This document shows positions 36,180-45,847 of a DNA stretch of 64,000 nucleotides, one piece after another. The notes under the pieces are model-generated. The model saw only the letters and a list, made by a program, of their open reading frames with translations, made no database searches and was not told where the DNA came from. Position 1 is the stretch's first letter. Each line of letters starts with the position of its first letter. The DNA comes from a bacterium (GTDB lineage: Bacteria > SAR324 > NAC60-12). Location of the stretch: positions 3,040,001-3,104,000 of the forward strand of contig OZ242383.1 in the NCBI GenBank assembly GCA_965209155.1, written 5' to 3'. Made by a program: the position numbers and the translations under genes.

Positions 36180-36437
36180 TTATTCTGGACTTTCATTTTG
36201 AGATTGCCGTTCCAGCATCTTGAATTTGAATTCCATTTCCTGTTCCTGCAATTTCAATTCACGGTCTACTTTCCGCTCATTGAGAAGCAATTCTCGCTCC
36301 TGTAGCTCCAATGATTTTTGCTTTAATTTATCACGATTCGCCAATAGCTTCATATATTGTTTCAATAAAAGCCAACCAAAAAAAATTCCACTGACCCCCG
36401 TGGGGATTCCCAGAGTGACAATTGCCCAATCGTCCAT
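36180..36437 (-). CDS. Small membrane-anchored coiled-coil protein
   Basis: N-terminal hydrophobic helix followed by a charged E/K/L-rich tail. Confidence 0.55.
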   Translation of the reverse strand: MDDWAIVTLGIPTGVSGIFFGWLLLKQYMKLLANRDKLKQKSLELQERELLLNERKVDRELKLQEQEMEFKFKMLERQSQNESPE

Positions 36438-36555
36438 TAAATTTCCGGATTACTTGATTTTAAATATTTGTTACCGATTGCAAAGCACATTCCAACGAGC
36501 TTTCAACGATTTTCTTTAAGCCGGCTATGACATTCCTGTGGGACGCTTCGAATCA

Positions 36556-36583
36556 CTGGACCCCGGATCAAGGCCGGGATGAC
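36556..36583. repeat. REP-like palindrome
   Basis: CTGGACCCCGGATCAAGGCCGGGATGAC. Confidence 0.45.
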
Positions 36584-37105
36584 GCAGTGAGGTTCCTGCT
36601 TTCAGGCTGAGTATTTTGCGATGGTAAATGAACAGTCACAATTTTGAACAGATTAAAACCTGGAATGTATATTGCGGTTTGCCAGTGTCATCAAACGAAT
36701 TGGATAAAACCAGTTCATTCATTCCAGTCGCACCTCCAAAGAAAATCAAAATCCACTGAATGATTCAAGGCGAAATTTAATATGTATGCGTCTTTAACTT
36801 GTCAAACTAATGGAAGGTGTTAAGATTACTCAATTGATGACTTTATGATGACAAAAAAGTTTGACCCGATTGCAGTGTTGTCTGAGGACTTAAAGTACAT
36901 AGACAAACAACAGACCTTCCCCGAATCTGAGAAACACGATGTCACACCTAAGCGTCAATTCGAATCAATACACATTAGTGCTCAACTCCCGCGGACAGGA
37001 CTTTCCTTATGTTGGAAACGTCTCTCAACCTGAAAGCTCCAACCCAAGGCGTTTGGATCCGGTTTCAGCGCGAGTCGAATTGGTCCCGGATAATGGAGAG
37101 GAAAG

Positions 37106-38365
37106 ATGATCACGCTGATTGAAGCTCTGAATTATCGATGTTTGCAGTATGTTTCGAGACCCCTTGGATCCTTTCATGTCCTGGTGGGACCAAACGCATC
37201 GGGTAAGACTACCTTCCTGGATGTAGTGGGCTTGCTACAGGATGTAATTTCCGAGGGGATGGACTCGGCATTGTCGAATCGAACCACGAATCCGGAAGAA
37301 CTCCTCTTCCGCCGTGAGGGTCCACTACTGGAATTGGCCATCGAAGCTCACATTCCCGACAGGTTGAGTAAACTGACGGCGAAACCGGAGCTGAACACGG
37401 CCCGATACGAAGTGGCTATTGGTTTCGACGAAACACAGCGTCAGTTCGAATTCAAAGCCGAGAAATTTTTACTGAAAACGTCAAATGAAATTCATTCTAT
37501 TCAACGTACGTTGTTCCCAACGTCTCCCAGTGCGCCAAATACGCTGTTGACTTCCAAACGCAGGCGCGACAACAAGATCGTAGTCAATAAAGTACCGGGA
37601 GGGAATGATAACTTTTACAGCGAGACTTACGGAGAGTCGGGAAAGGGCTGGGCACCCTCGTTCAAACTAGGTCCTCAAAAGTCGGCCCTCGGCAATCTTC
37701 CCGCAGATGAAAAGTCTTTTCCCGTGGCCATGTGGTTTCGAGAATACCTGAATACGGGTGTACAGCGATTCATTCTCAACAGTCTCGAGATCAAACGCCC
37801 CTGTCCACCAACCAGGGTCAAAGGGTTTTCGCTGGACGGATCGAATCTGCCCTGGGTCGTCGCCCGTCTGCGGCAAGATAATCCAGGGAGGTTCAAAGAC
37901 TGGATTGCTCACTTGAAAACGGCTTTTGCCGATCTTTTGGATATCACGAGCAACGAACGTCCGGAGGACAAACATTGCTACCTGGTTTATGAATATGAAG
38001 GGGGGCTGAAAGTCCCTTCCTGGCTGGTGTCCGATGGCATGCTTCGCCTGACGGCATTGACCTTGCCGGCTTATCTCGACGACTTGGAGGGTATCTACCT
38101 GATCGAGGAGCCGGAAAACGGAATCCATCCACGCGCCATGGCCACTGCGTATGACTCTCTTTCTTCAGTGCATGGGGCCCAGGTGCTGCTGGTGACTCAT
38201 TCACCTATGGTATTGAGCACGGCCCGGATGAATGACGTGTTGTGCTTTGCCAAAGACGGCAACGGGTCGACGGATATCGTGCTGGGTTCAGAGCATCCCA
38301 AATTGCAGAATTGGCATGGGGAAGTCAATCTTGGTATTCTACTCGCGTCCGGAGTTTTGGGATGA
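37106..38365 (+). CDS. ABC-type AAA ATPase, MADS MAD3-like
   Basis: EALNYRCL, GPNASGKTT, SWLVSDGMLRL, IEEPENGIHP, THSP. Confidence 0.8.
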   Translation: MITLIEALNYRCLQYVSRPLGSFHVLVGPNASGKTTFLDVVGLLQDVISEGMDSALSNRTTNPEELLFRREGPLLELAIEAHIPDRLSKLTAKPELNTARYEVAIGFDETQRQFEFKAEKFLLKTSNEIHSIQRTLFPTSPSAPNTLLTSKRRRDNKIVVNKVPGGNDNFYSETYGESGKGWAPSFKLGPQKSALGNLPADEKSFPVAMWFREYLNTGVQRFILNSLEIKRPCPPTRVKGFSLDGSNLPWVVARLRQDNPGRFKDWIAHLKTAFADLLDITSNERPEDKHCYLVYEYEGGLKVPSWLVSDGMLRLTALTLPAYLDDLEGIYLIEEPENGIHPRAMATAYDSLSSVHGAQVLLVTHSPMVLSTARMNDVLCFAKDGNGSTDIVLGSEHPKLQNWHGEVNLGILLASGVLG

Positions 38366-38520
38366 TTAATCTCCTCATTCCAGCCGCCGGCAAAGATCGG
38401 GAATTCGCGTTGAAGGGAGTGTTTGCAAGGCCGGAAGCATGAAACATCCGTCCGGTCGAAGCACAGGTCTGGGTTCATCCCGAACGCGGTCCTGCATACG
38501 CGTACGTGGTACGGAGTTCC
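38362..38520 (+). pseudogene. MAD4-like gene remnant
   Basis: ATGA overlap with the ATPase. MINLLIPAAGKDREFALKGVFARPEA*NIRPVEAQVWVHPE; internal stop and truncated before pdxJ. Confidence 0.6.
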
Positions 38521-38561
38521 TTTCCGGCTTGGCGAAAGAGTTAAACTAATGAAAAATTACA

Positions 38562-39320
38562 ATGACCCAACTCAGCGTGAACTTGAACAAATTCGCCTTG
38601 CTGCGTAATTCTCGCGGGCGAGATTATCCCAATGTCGTTGAAATGGGCACCCGTTGTTTGCGAGCCGGGGCCCATGGCATCACGATACATCCCCGTCCTG
38701 ACCAGCGGCATGCCAAATATTCCGACGTCGGGGACCTGAGCGCGTTGATTGGGCAGTACCCGGGTCGGGAATTGAATATCGAAGGCAACCCGATACCGGA
38801 ATTTCTCGAATGCGTCCAACTGGCTAAACCGCATCAATGCACACTGGTTCCCGATGATGCGGACCAGCTGACCTCGGACCATGGATGGGATTTAAAAAAA
38901 GACGGCGAACGGTTGATTCCCATTATTCAAGAACTGCAGGATGCCGGAATCCGGGTCAGCTTGTTCATGGACCCGCTTGCGGATCAAATTGGATTGGCCC
39001 CACAAACAGGTTGCGATCGCATCGAACTGTATACTGAAGCTTTTGCGCAAGCTTATGGATCCGAGAAAGTGGAAACCGTGATTGCAGAATACCGGGAAGC
39101 GGCTTTCAAAGCGCGGAAAGTGGGACTGGGAGTCAATGCCGGACATGATTTGAACCTGCAAAATCTTGCCTTCTTTTTGCAGATTCCCCAAATCCTGGAA
39201 GTCTCCATCGGTCATGCCCTGGTGGTGGAATCTCTTGACCAGGGTTTGGAAGGAACGATCGCCCGTTACTTGAACATTATCCGGGATTCCGCGAAACGCG
39301 CACCCTCTGCCCGGTCATGA
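38562..39320 (+). CDS. pdxJ: Pyridoxine 5'-phosphate synthase
   Basis: LSVNLNK, HPRPDQRH, NIEGNP, LTSDHGW, NAGHDL, IGHAL. Confidence 0.95.
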   Translation: MTQLSVNLNKFALLRNSRGRDYPNVVEMGTRCLRAGAHGITIHPRPDQRHAKYSDVGDLSALIGQYPGRELNIEGNPIPEFLECVQLAKPHQCTLVPDDADQLTSDHGWDLKKDGERLIPIIQELQDAGIRVSLFMDPLADQIGLAPQTGCDRIELYTEAFAQAYGSEKVETVIAEYREAAFKARKVGLGVNAGHDLNLQNLAFFLQIPQILEVSIGHALVVESLDQGLEGTIARYLNIIRDSAKRAPSARS

Positions 39321-39337
39321 TTGCTTATTCAGGGCCG

Positions 39338-40039
39338 TTACCACTTCTCACCAAAGGGACGTAAATCCAACTCGAATGTCCAGGCCGAACGGGGTTGGCG
39401 GACCAGGGCGAAGACGCTTTGGGCAATATCATCCGGCTTCAAAAAGAATTCTTCCGGCTTGTCGGCTAGGTACTCCCGCGTGCGTGGCAAGTCGATCACC
39501 CCATCCACGACGACGTAAGAGACATGGATTCCCTTGGAACCCAGGTGACGGGCCATGGATTGGGCCAGACTACGCTGGGCAGCTTTGGCGGAAGCAAATG
39601 GGGCCGCATTGGCGCTTCCCCGCAGGGAAGCCGTGGCACCGATAACCACAATGTTGCCTCGACCCGCCTCAATCATGACAGGCAGGAGTTGCTTGCAGGC
39701 AGCAAAGCAGCCGCGGGCGTTGATTTGCCAACTCCTTTCGAATTCTTCCACTGTGGATTCTTCAACATTTTTGAACTGACCGGCTCCTGCATTGTAGATC
39801 AGAGTATCCACACCTCCAAATTGGCGGAGAATTTTTTGAAAAACGGATTCCACCTGGGACACATTGGTCACATCACAGGGATAGAAAGGAGCTCCATCGA
39901 GTTTCCGGGATAATTCTTCCAGGTAAGATTCATTGCGCGCCAAAACGACGACCTGATAACCTTCCTGATGAAATTTTCTGGCAAAGGAAGCGCCATTGCC
40001 GGGCCCCGCACCTGTTATCACGCATACTGGTTGTGTCAT
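39338..40039 (-). CDS. SDR family oxidoreductase
   Basis: TGAGPGNG, YNAG, FASAK. Confidence 0.9.
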   Translation of the reverse strand: MTQPVCVITGAGPGNGASFARKFHQEGYQVVVLARNESYLEELSRKLDGAPFYPCDVTNVSQVESVFQKILRQFGGVDTLIYNAGAGQFKNVEESTVEEFERSWQINARGCFAACKQLLPVMIEAGRGNIVVIGATASLRGSANAAPFASAKAAQRSLAQSMARHLGSKGIHVSYVVVDGVIDLPRTREYLADKPEEFFLKPDDIAQSVFALVRQPRSAWTFELDLRPFGEKW

Positions 40040-40462
40040 GATCGTTCCTCCGTTATTTCTACGTTATTTCCAGTCTCCTTCATATGGGGAAACCGGATGG
40101 ATTCATAAAGCACTTTCAGGATACAGGAAAAATCGATGGAGGATAAGCGAAAATTATCCGTTGTTTGGGACAATTCCTGATAAATCAGGTCCCGTTCCTC
40201 CAACCTGTTTCAGAAAATTGGACAACCTGTAAATTTTTATCATCTTATCAAAGCGGCGTCATGCCGTCAGACGAGACAGCTTGATAGAAAATCCTTTTTT
40301 GGATTTGGCATTGCAATTTTTTCCCAAGTAAGCTAAACATTTTCTTTTATCCAAAGCAGTCCCTCAAGGTACGGTGGAGAGGTAGCAGGGAACCCTTTAC
40401 CGATTCCCGTAGAAATGTAGCAGAAACAGGAAACAATATTTTGTAGATAAAAGGAGGAATCA

Positions 40463-41263
40463 ATGGCCTTTACCACTGGAGATTTGAGAATTGAAGTTGA
40501 AAACAAGGTCGCCACATTGACGTTCAATCGTCCCAACAAACTGAATGCCCTGAGTGGAGACCTGATCAAGTCCGCTATCGAACATTTGCAAGAATTCACA
40601 ATGGATCCTCAAATCGGGGTGATTGTTCTCACAGGTGAGGGACGCGCATTTTGCGCAGGAGGAGACGTTTCCCAGATGTCAGACAGAGGAGGAAATCCCT
40701 TAACCTTGGAACAGGCAATCGACCGGCAAAACATAGGCCATCAATTGCCCTGGCTGTTGCACAACATTCCTAAAGTGACCATCGCCGCCGTCAATGGATT
40801 TGCCGTAGGCGCAGGTTTGGGAATTGCATTGAGTTGCGACTTGAGGCTGGCTTCCGACCAGGCAAAATTCGGAACCGCGTTTGCAAAAGTAGGTTTTGGC
40901 GGTGATTATGGAACCACCTGGCAATTGACGCGACTGGTGGGAGAAGCGAAGGCCAAGGAGCTTTTTTTCCTCGGCGATATCGTACCTGCCAAGGAAGCAA
41001 TGCGTATCGGCCTGGCGAATCGTGTGATTCCGCAAGACGAATTCAAAGAGACGGTTCAGCAATTCGCAAACCAAATCGCCCATGGTCCCCAAGTCAGTTT
41101 TCGTTACATGAAAGAGAACATCAATTTATCCGCCCATTCCGATTTTCGTACAATTCTCGACCGGGAAGCTTTGACTCACTTACGTTGCGGTCAAACGGAA
41201 GACCACAAGGAAGGGGTGACGGCATTCATGGAAAAAAGACAACCCCAATTTAAAGGACGCTGA
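40463..41263 (+). CDS. Enoyl-CoA hydratase/isomerase family protein
   Basis: NRPNKLNAL, AFCAGGD, AVNGFAVGAG, EKRQPQFKGR. Confidence 0.92.
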   Translation: MAFTTGDLRIEVENKVATLTFNRPNKLNALSGDLIKSAIEHLQEFTMDPQIGVIVLTGEGRAFCAGGDVSQMSDRGGNPLTLEQAIDRQNIGHQLPWLLHNIPKVTIAAVNGFAVGAGLGIALSCDLRLASDQAKFGTAFAKVGFGGDYGTTWQLTRLVGEAKAKELFFLGDIVPAKEAMRIGLANRVIPQDEFKETVQQFANQIAHGPQVSFRYMKENINLSAHSDFRTILDREALTHLRCGQTEDHKEGVTAFMEKRQPQFKGR

Positions 41264-41276
41264 GTCTGGAGGACAC

Positions 41277-42104
41277 ATGATGGGTTATGAAATGAACGAT
41301 TTCCAAACAGATGTATTGGAGCAAAGTCAATCAATCCCGGTGCTGGTTGATTTCTGGGCTGAATGGTGCGCGCCTTGCAGGGTTCTCGGGCCTGTGTTGG
41401 AGAAACTGGCTGAAGTCCATCAGGATAAATGGCGCCTGGTTAAAATCGACACCGAACAGAATCCGGAAATCGCGGGGTATTTTGGAATCCGCAGCATTCC
41501 CAACGTCAAACTGTTTATCGACGGACAGGTAGCCGATGAGTTTTCAGGTGCGCTTCCGGAAGAAGCAATCTTAGAATGGCTTCAACGTGCTATTCCCACT
41601 CCACCTTCCGGTCAAATCGAGCAAGCAAAAATGCTCATTTCCGCTCAACGATACCAGGAAGCCCGTGGTCTTCTGCGGACCATCATTTCAAACGAACCGG
41701 AAAACGAGGAAGCCCGGGTATTGCAAGCGCAGATCGATATCTTTTCAGACAATCCCGAGGAACAGCAATATGCCTTGAAGCTTGTCCGGGACATTGGAGC
41801 AGAGTCGAAATTCGGTCCTCAATCCGATTCTGTAAAGTTGATTGGGAAAATAATTCAGCCAGATTACCAGAACCATTTACCGGAAGATCCGGTACGCGAC
41901 TTTTTTCTGGAGGGGATTCATCAACTGCGAAAAAGGAAATTCAGTGCGGCTTTGGAACAATTCATCGAAGTAATCCGGCTGGAACGTGGCTATGAAGATG
42001 AAGGAGCCCGAAAAATCTGTATTGCGATTTTTAAATATTTGGGAGAAGGGCATGAAATTTCCAAAAAATACCGTCCGATCTTCTCCAGCGCCTTCTATGT
42101 TTAA
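41277..42104 (+). CDS. Thioredoxin-TPR protein (YbbN/CnoX-like)
   Basis: VDFWAEWCAPC plus a C-terminal TPR-like region. Confidence 0.9.
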   Translation: MMGYEMNDFQTDVLEQSQSIPVLVDFWAEWCAPCRVLGPVLEKLAEVHQDKWRLVKIDTEQNPEIAGYFGIRSIPNVKLFIDGQVADEFSGALPEEAILEWLQRAIPTPPSGQIEQAKMLISAQRYQEARGLLRTIISNEPENEEARVLQAQIDIFSDNPEEQQYALKLVRDIGAESKFGPQSDSVKLIGKIIQPDYQNHLPEDPVRDFFLEGIHQLRKRKFSAALEQFIEVIRLERGYEDEGARKICIAIFKYLGEGHEISKKYRPIFSSAFYV

Positions 42105-42173
42105 GAATTTACGTAACAGGCAGGTTTGAAGATTGGTCCTGTATTGCGGGGAGTTGGATATACGGAAAAATGC

Positions 42174-42932
42174 ATGAAAAACAACAGAGCAGGTATCAAG
42201 CAACTGAAAACGATGATCGAAGAAAGTCGACGGTCGGTAGTATTCACGGGTGCGGGGATCAGTACTGAGTCCGGCATACCCGACTTTCGCAGTCCCGGTG
42301 GAGTCTGGGACAAATACCAGCCGATTTATTTTCAGGATTTTCTCAACTCCGAAGAGATGAGACGAGAATCATGGAGGCGGAAATTCGCCACGGATCAACT
42401 CATCAGGCAGGCGGATCCCAACCTGGGACATATTGCGGTTGCCAGGTTGGTCAAGCGGGAAAAAGTGAGTTGCGTGATTACGCAAAATGTGGACGGACTG
42501 CATCAAAAGGCGGGGGTCCCCGAGCATCGAGTCATCGAACTACACGGCAACAGCACTTACGCATCCTGCCTCGATTGCGGCAAACGATATGAATTGGCGG
42601 AAATTCGTAAAATCTTTGAGGACGGGGAAAGATTGCCGATTTGTGATCGTTGTCAGGGTATCGTGAAAACGGCCACCATTTCTTTTGGGCAACCTATGCC
42701 AATCACGCAAATGGAAGTGGCGGAAACCGAGACAATGGCCTGCGACTTATTTGTGGCCATAGGATCATCCCTGGTGGTATACCCGGCCGCTGGTTTCCCG
42801 GAAATGGCGGTGCGCAACCGGGCTCGTCTGATCATCATCAACCGGGACCGCACCAACCTGGATGAACTGGCGGACCTGATTCTGCATGCCGAGATCGGTC
42901 CCACTTTATCGGAAGCGGTGGGATTGGATTGA
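42174..42932 (+). CDS. cobB: Sir2-family NAD-dependent protein deacylase
   Basis: TGAGISTESGIPDFR, TQNVDGLH, ELHG, two CxxC, GSSL. Confidence 0.9.
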   Translation: MKNNRAGIKQLKTMIEESRRSVVFTGAGISTESGIPDFRSPGGVWDKYQPIYFQDFLNSEEMRRESWRRKFATDQLIRQADPNLGHIAVARLVKREKVSCVITQNVDGLHQKAGVPEHRVIELHGNSTYASCLDCGKRYELAEIRKIFEDGERLPICDRCQGIVKTATISFGQPMPITQMEVAETETMACDLFVAIGSSLVVYPAAGFPEMAVRNRARLIIINRDRTNLDELADLILHAEIGPTLSEAVGLD

Positions 42933-43714
42933 GTTCCTTAACTTACGTGCGCGTGCACGTGGACGAAAAAACAGAAAAGGCCAGGTTAAACAATTCCATG
43001 GAATCCGTTTTTCAACAACTGGCTGCCGCGGACATCCAGGTGCTTTTTTTGCTGGATCAACGATATTTGAATCCACTCATTGCAACGCAGCAAGCGAAGC
43101 TCCGGGATGCAGGCCTCCTCGAGGATGCCGGCAACCGGGTGGTATTGGAAAAATTGAATCAGGCCATGCTTGATCTTCCTCCTGCCACATACTTTCCGAC
43201 CCCGATCGCACGGGAAATGAAAGAGGGAACTCCCTTTTCTTTGACCCTGGCTGAAAAATACTCCTATGGCTATATTCAAGTCGATATCGAGCAAAATTGG
43301 TCGATGCAGGGAATTCGGCTTGACCAACGGCTGAAAAAATTCTTACAATCCCACCTGGCCTATGAAGAGGAACTGCGGCGTTATTTTGTCGAGTACCAGG
43401 TCGAAAAGCGAATGGACAAATGCTATTTGGACTGTGAAATCACTCCGATGCTGGCCAGGCAAATCGAAATCCAGGAAAGCGATCCATTGCTCGCATTGTT
43501 GAACAACGGAAAGCACGATTACCTGGATCCCCGGTCGTTTTCTATGGATGCGCAGGAAAACCTCTATTGTCGGAGTTCCTGCCATGGAGAAGTGCTTTTA
43601 GCGGACTATCCGCGGTATCGTATTCTCAAACACGTCACGGAAGATGGCAACTATTTACACTTGAATCATTCAGTATTTCCACTCTCATTTCGTAGTTCCG
43701 TCGAAGATGGTTGA
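42929..43714 (+). CDS. Hypothetical protein
   Basis: 261-aa ORF overlapping both neighbours in an operon. Confidence 0.7.
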   Translation: MSSLTYVRVHVDEKTEKARLNNSMESVFQQLAAADIQVLFLLDQRYLNPLIATQQAKLRDAGLLEDAGNRVVLEKLNQAMLDLPPATYFPTPIAREMKEGTPFSLTLAEKYSYGYIQVDIEQNWSMQGIRLDQRLKKFLQSHLAYEEELRRYFVEYQVEKRMDKCYLDCEITPMLARQIEIQESDPLLALLNNGKHDYLDPRSFSMDAQENLYCRSSCHGEVLLADYPRYRILKHVTEDGNYLHLNHSVFPLSFRSSVEDG

Positions 43715-44489
43715 AATTTGGCGTTTTATTGAAAGCCACCGGCAATCCGGAAGCTTCAACATGGCGGCAGATCAAGTCTTGTTCAGTCAGTTAAAATTGG
43801 GAGATACCCCGACTCTGCGTCTCTATACCTGGGACCGGCCGACACTCTCTATTGGGAAAAATCAACGAATCGATGGAATCAACACCAATTGGTGCCGGGA
43901 AAACGAGTTGGTGATCGTGCGTCGCGCAACCGGAGGGCAAGCGGTCCTGCACGGCAATGACATTACCTATGCGCTGGTTGGCGATGTACGGAATCCTCGC
44001 TTTTCAGGGGGAATCTTTTCTGTCTATCAAACCATTTCACAAGTTTTTCTTTTATTTTTCGAAAAATTGGGGCTTTCTCCGCAACTGCAAGCTCAGACCC
44101 AACGAGAACGAAGGGCAAGGGCCTCTCATGTTTGTTTTACCATGCCTTCCGCTTATGAGATTTTGATCAAAGGACGTAAAATCATTGGCAGCGCCCAACG
44201 CCGTAGTCCCAAAGCTTTCCTGCAGCATGGTACGATTCCCCTGACTGACCAGGTGCCATTGCTCATAAAAATTTTTAAACAGATGCCTGAGTCTTATCTT
44301 CGCGGCAAAGTCTCGGCGTTGCAGACCCTGGGGGTCTTCAACCAGTTTACGCAGGATGAAATTCACCGGATTCTGGTTGACTCTTTCCAAGATGTATTTC
44401 ATATTGAATTGCGGAAACAGGATTGGTCCCTGGCTGAAATGGCCGCAATCAGAGAAAAAGAAGCCAGTTTTCCTGCGCTTCGACTTTGA
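43707..44489 (+). CDS. Lipoate-protein ligase / octanoyltransferase (LplA/LipM family)
   Basis: NMAAD, RLYTW, RRATGGQAVLH, KIIGSAQ, QHG. Confidence 0.9.
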   Translation: MVEIWRFIESHRQSGSFNMAADQVLFSQLKLGDTPTLRLYTWDRPTLSIGKNQRIDGINTNWCRENELVIVRRATGGQAVLHGNDITYALVGDVRNPRFSGGIFSVYQTISQVFLLFFEKLGLSPQLQAQTQRERRARASHVCFTMPSAYEILIKGRKIIGSAQRRSPKAFLQHGTIPLTDQVPLLIKIFKQMPESYLRGKVSALQTLGVFNQFTQDEIHRILVDSFQDVFHIELRKQDWSLAEMAAIREKEASFPALRL

Positions 44490-44639
44490 TGGATGTTTGA
44501 CCTCCTTCGCAGTCCGGATTGAATTCCTTTACCCGCCTCGAGTTCCTGCGAGAAGGGGTTGCAGGAAGCAGAAGTTTGTCTTGGTATATTCTCTGCAGGG
44601 CGATACAGGTACGACGAACCCAGTTGATCAGGAGCCTCC

Positions 44640-45701
44640 ATGCTATTCATAGCTGAAATAAGCAAGAATTATTCACTTACGTGGAAACACTTATTACGAA
44701 ACATTCTTACAGCAACGTTTGTTTTCATTGCCTGGACGGTAGTCACCGGGACCGTTTGGGCGGGTTGCGGGTTTGTCACGGTAGCGAAACTGAACTGGCA
44801 ATCTGCGGACTTGATCACGCATATTGACAAGATCATTCTGGAAGAGGGTTTTGGCTGTACCGTGCACCTGGTGTCCGGTGATAACGTGTCGACCTTCAAC
44901 TCGATGAACGAAAACGCTCAACCGGATCTTGCCGGTGAGCTTTGGTCCAATGACATCGGCTTGTTGGTCCGGGCCCGGGAGGAAGGCCGTCTGCACATTA
45001 TCAATCCTGGTCCGATTGCCGGTCGTGATGAAGGTTGGTGGGTGCCACCACATACGGTGGAAAAACACCCCGAGTTGAAGACCGTGCTGGATATTCTGGA
45101 ACATCCCGAATTATTTCCACATGCGGATGATCCTTCGAAAGGGGCGTTCATTGGCTGCCCTGCATTCTGGATTTGCCATTTGATCAATACCAATCTATTT
45201 CGTGCTTTCCGTATGGAAGAAAAAGGCTGGATAATGGTTGATCCGGGTTCCGGAGCGGGTCTGAACGAATCCATGAACGCGGCCATCGAAAGTGGCGAGA
45301 ACTGGTTCGGTTATTACTGGTCTCCAACCGCAATGGTGGGCAAGTACAACATGGTTAAGATCCCTTTCGGCGTACCCTTCGCCGGTGACGAAAACTGGGA
45401 AGATTGCATTGTCAAACCCGAGCAGGAATGCGCTGATCCGCAACCTTCCTCCTGGGGCCAACCCAAAGTGCATACCATTATCACTGATCGGTTGAAAAAG
45501 GAAGAGGCCATGGTTGTCGACTATCTCGAGCGTCGCGTGTTCCCCGCCACCGTTTTGAACGATTTGCTGGCAACTATGCAAGAGAGCCGGGTCGACGTGT
45601 CGGAGGCGGCTATGCAATTTCTACAAAAGTACGAAGCAATATGGACTGAATGGCTTCCTCCAGACGTTGCCGTTGAGGTGAAAAAATTGACGCATCACTG
45701 A
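44640..45701 (+). CDS. Glycine betaine/proline-type ABC substrate-binding protein (orphan)
   Basis: LNWQSA, ELW, GCPAFWIC, GYYWSPT. Confidence 0.85.
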   Translation: MLFIAEISKNYSLTWKHLLRNILTATFVFIAWTVVTGTVWAGCGFVTVAKLNWQSADLITHIDKIILEEGFGCTVHLVSGDNVSTFNSMNENAQPDLAGELWSNDIGLLVRAREEGRLHIINPGPIAGRDEGWWVPPHTVEKHPELKTVLDILEHPELFPHADDPSKGAFIGCPAFWICHLINTNLFRAFRMEEKGWIMVDPGSGAGLNESMNAAIESGENWFGYYWSPTAMVGKYNMVKIPFGVPFAGDENWEDCIVKPEQECADPQPSSWGQPKVHTIITDRLKKEEAMVVDYLERRVFPATVLNDLLATMQESRVDVSEAAMQFLQKYEAIWTEWLPPDVAVEVKKLTHH

Positions 45702-45847
45702 GTGGAGTATCGTTATTTTCCAGCTTCCATATCGCTTCAGATGGACTGGCAATAAAACGCCGGCACCACTGATGTGGGAGCACTTGCCACCGTAAATACC
45801 GGGTATGGAACCGCCACCGAAATCATTTTTCCCTTCTACTTCCGGAT

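Noticed and set aside
36845..37033. 62-aa ORF upstream of the MAD3-like ATPase
   Set aside because: No recognisable motif or RBS; cannot be supported as a gene.
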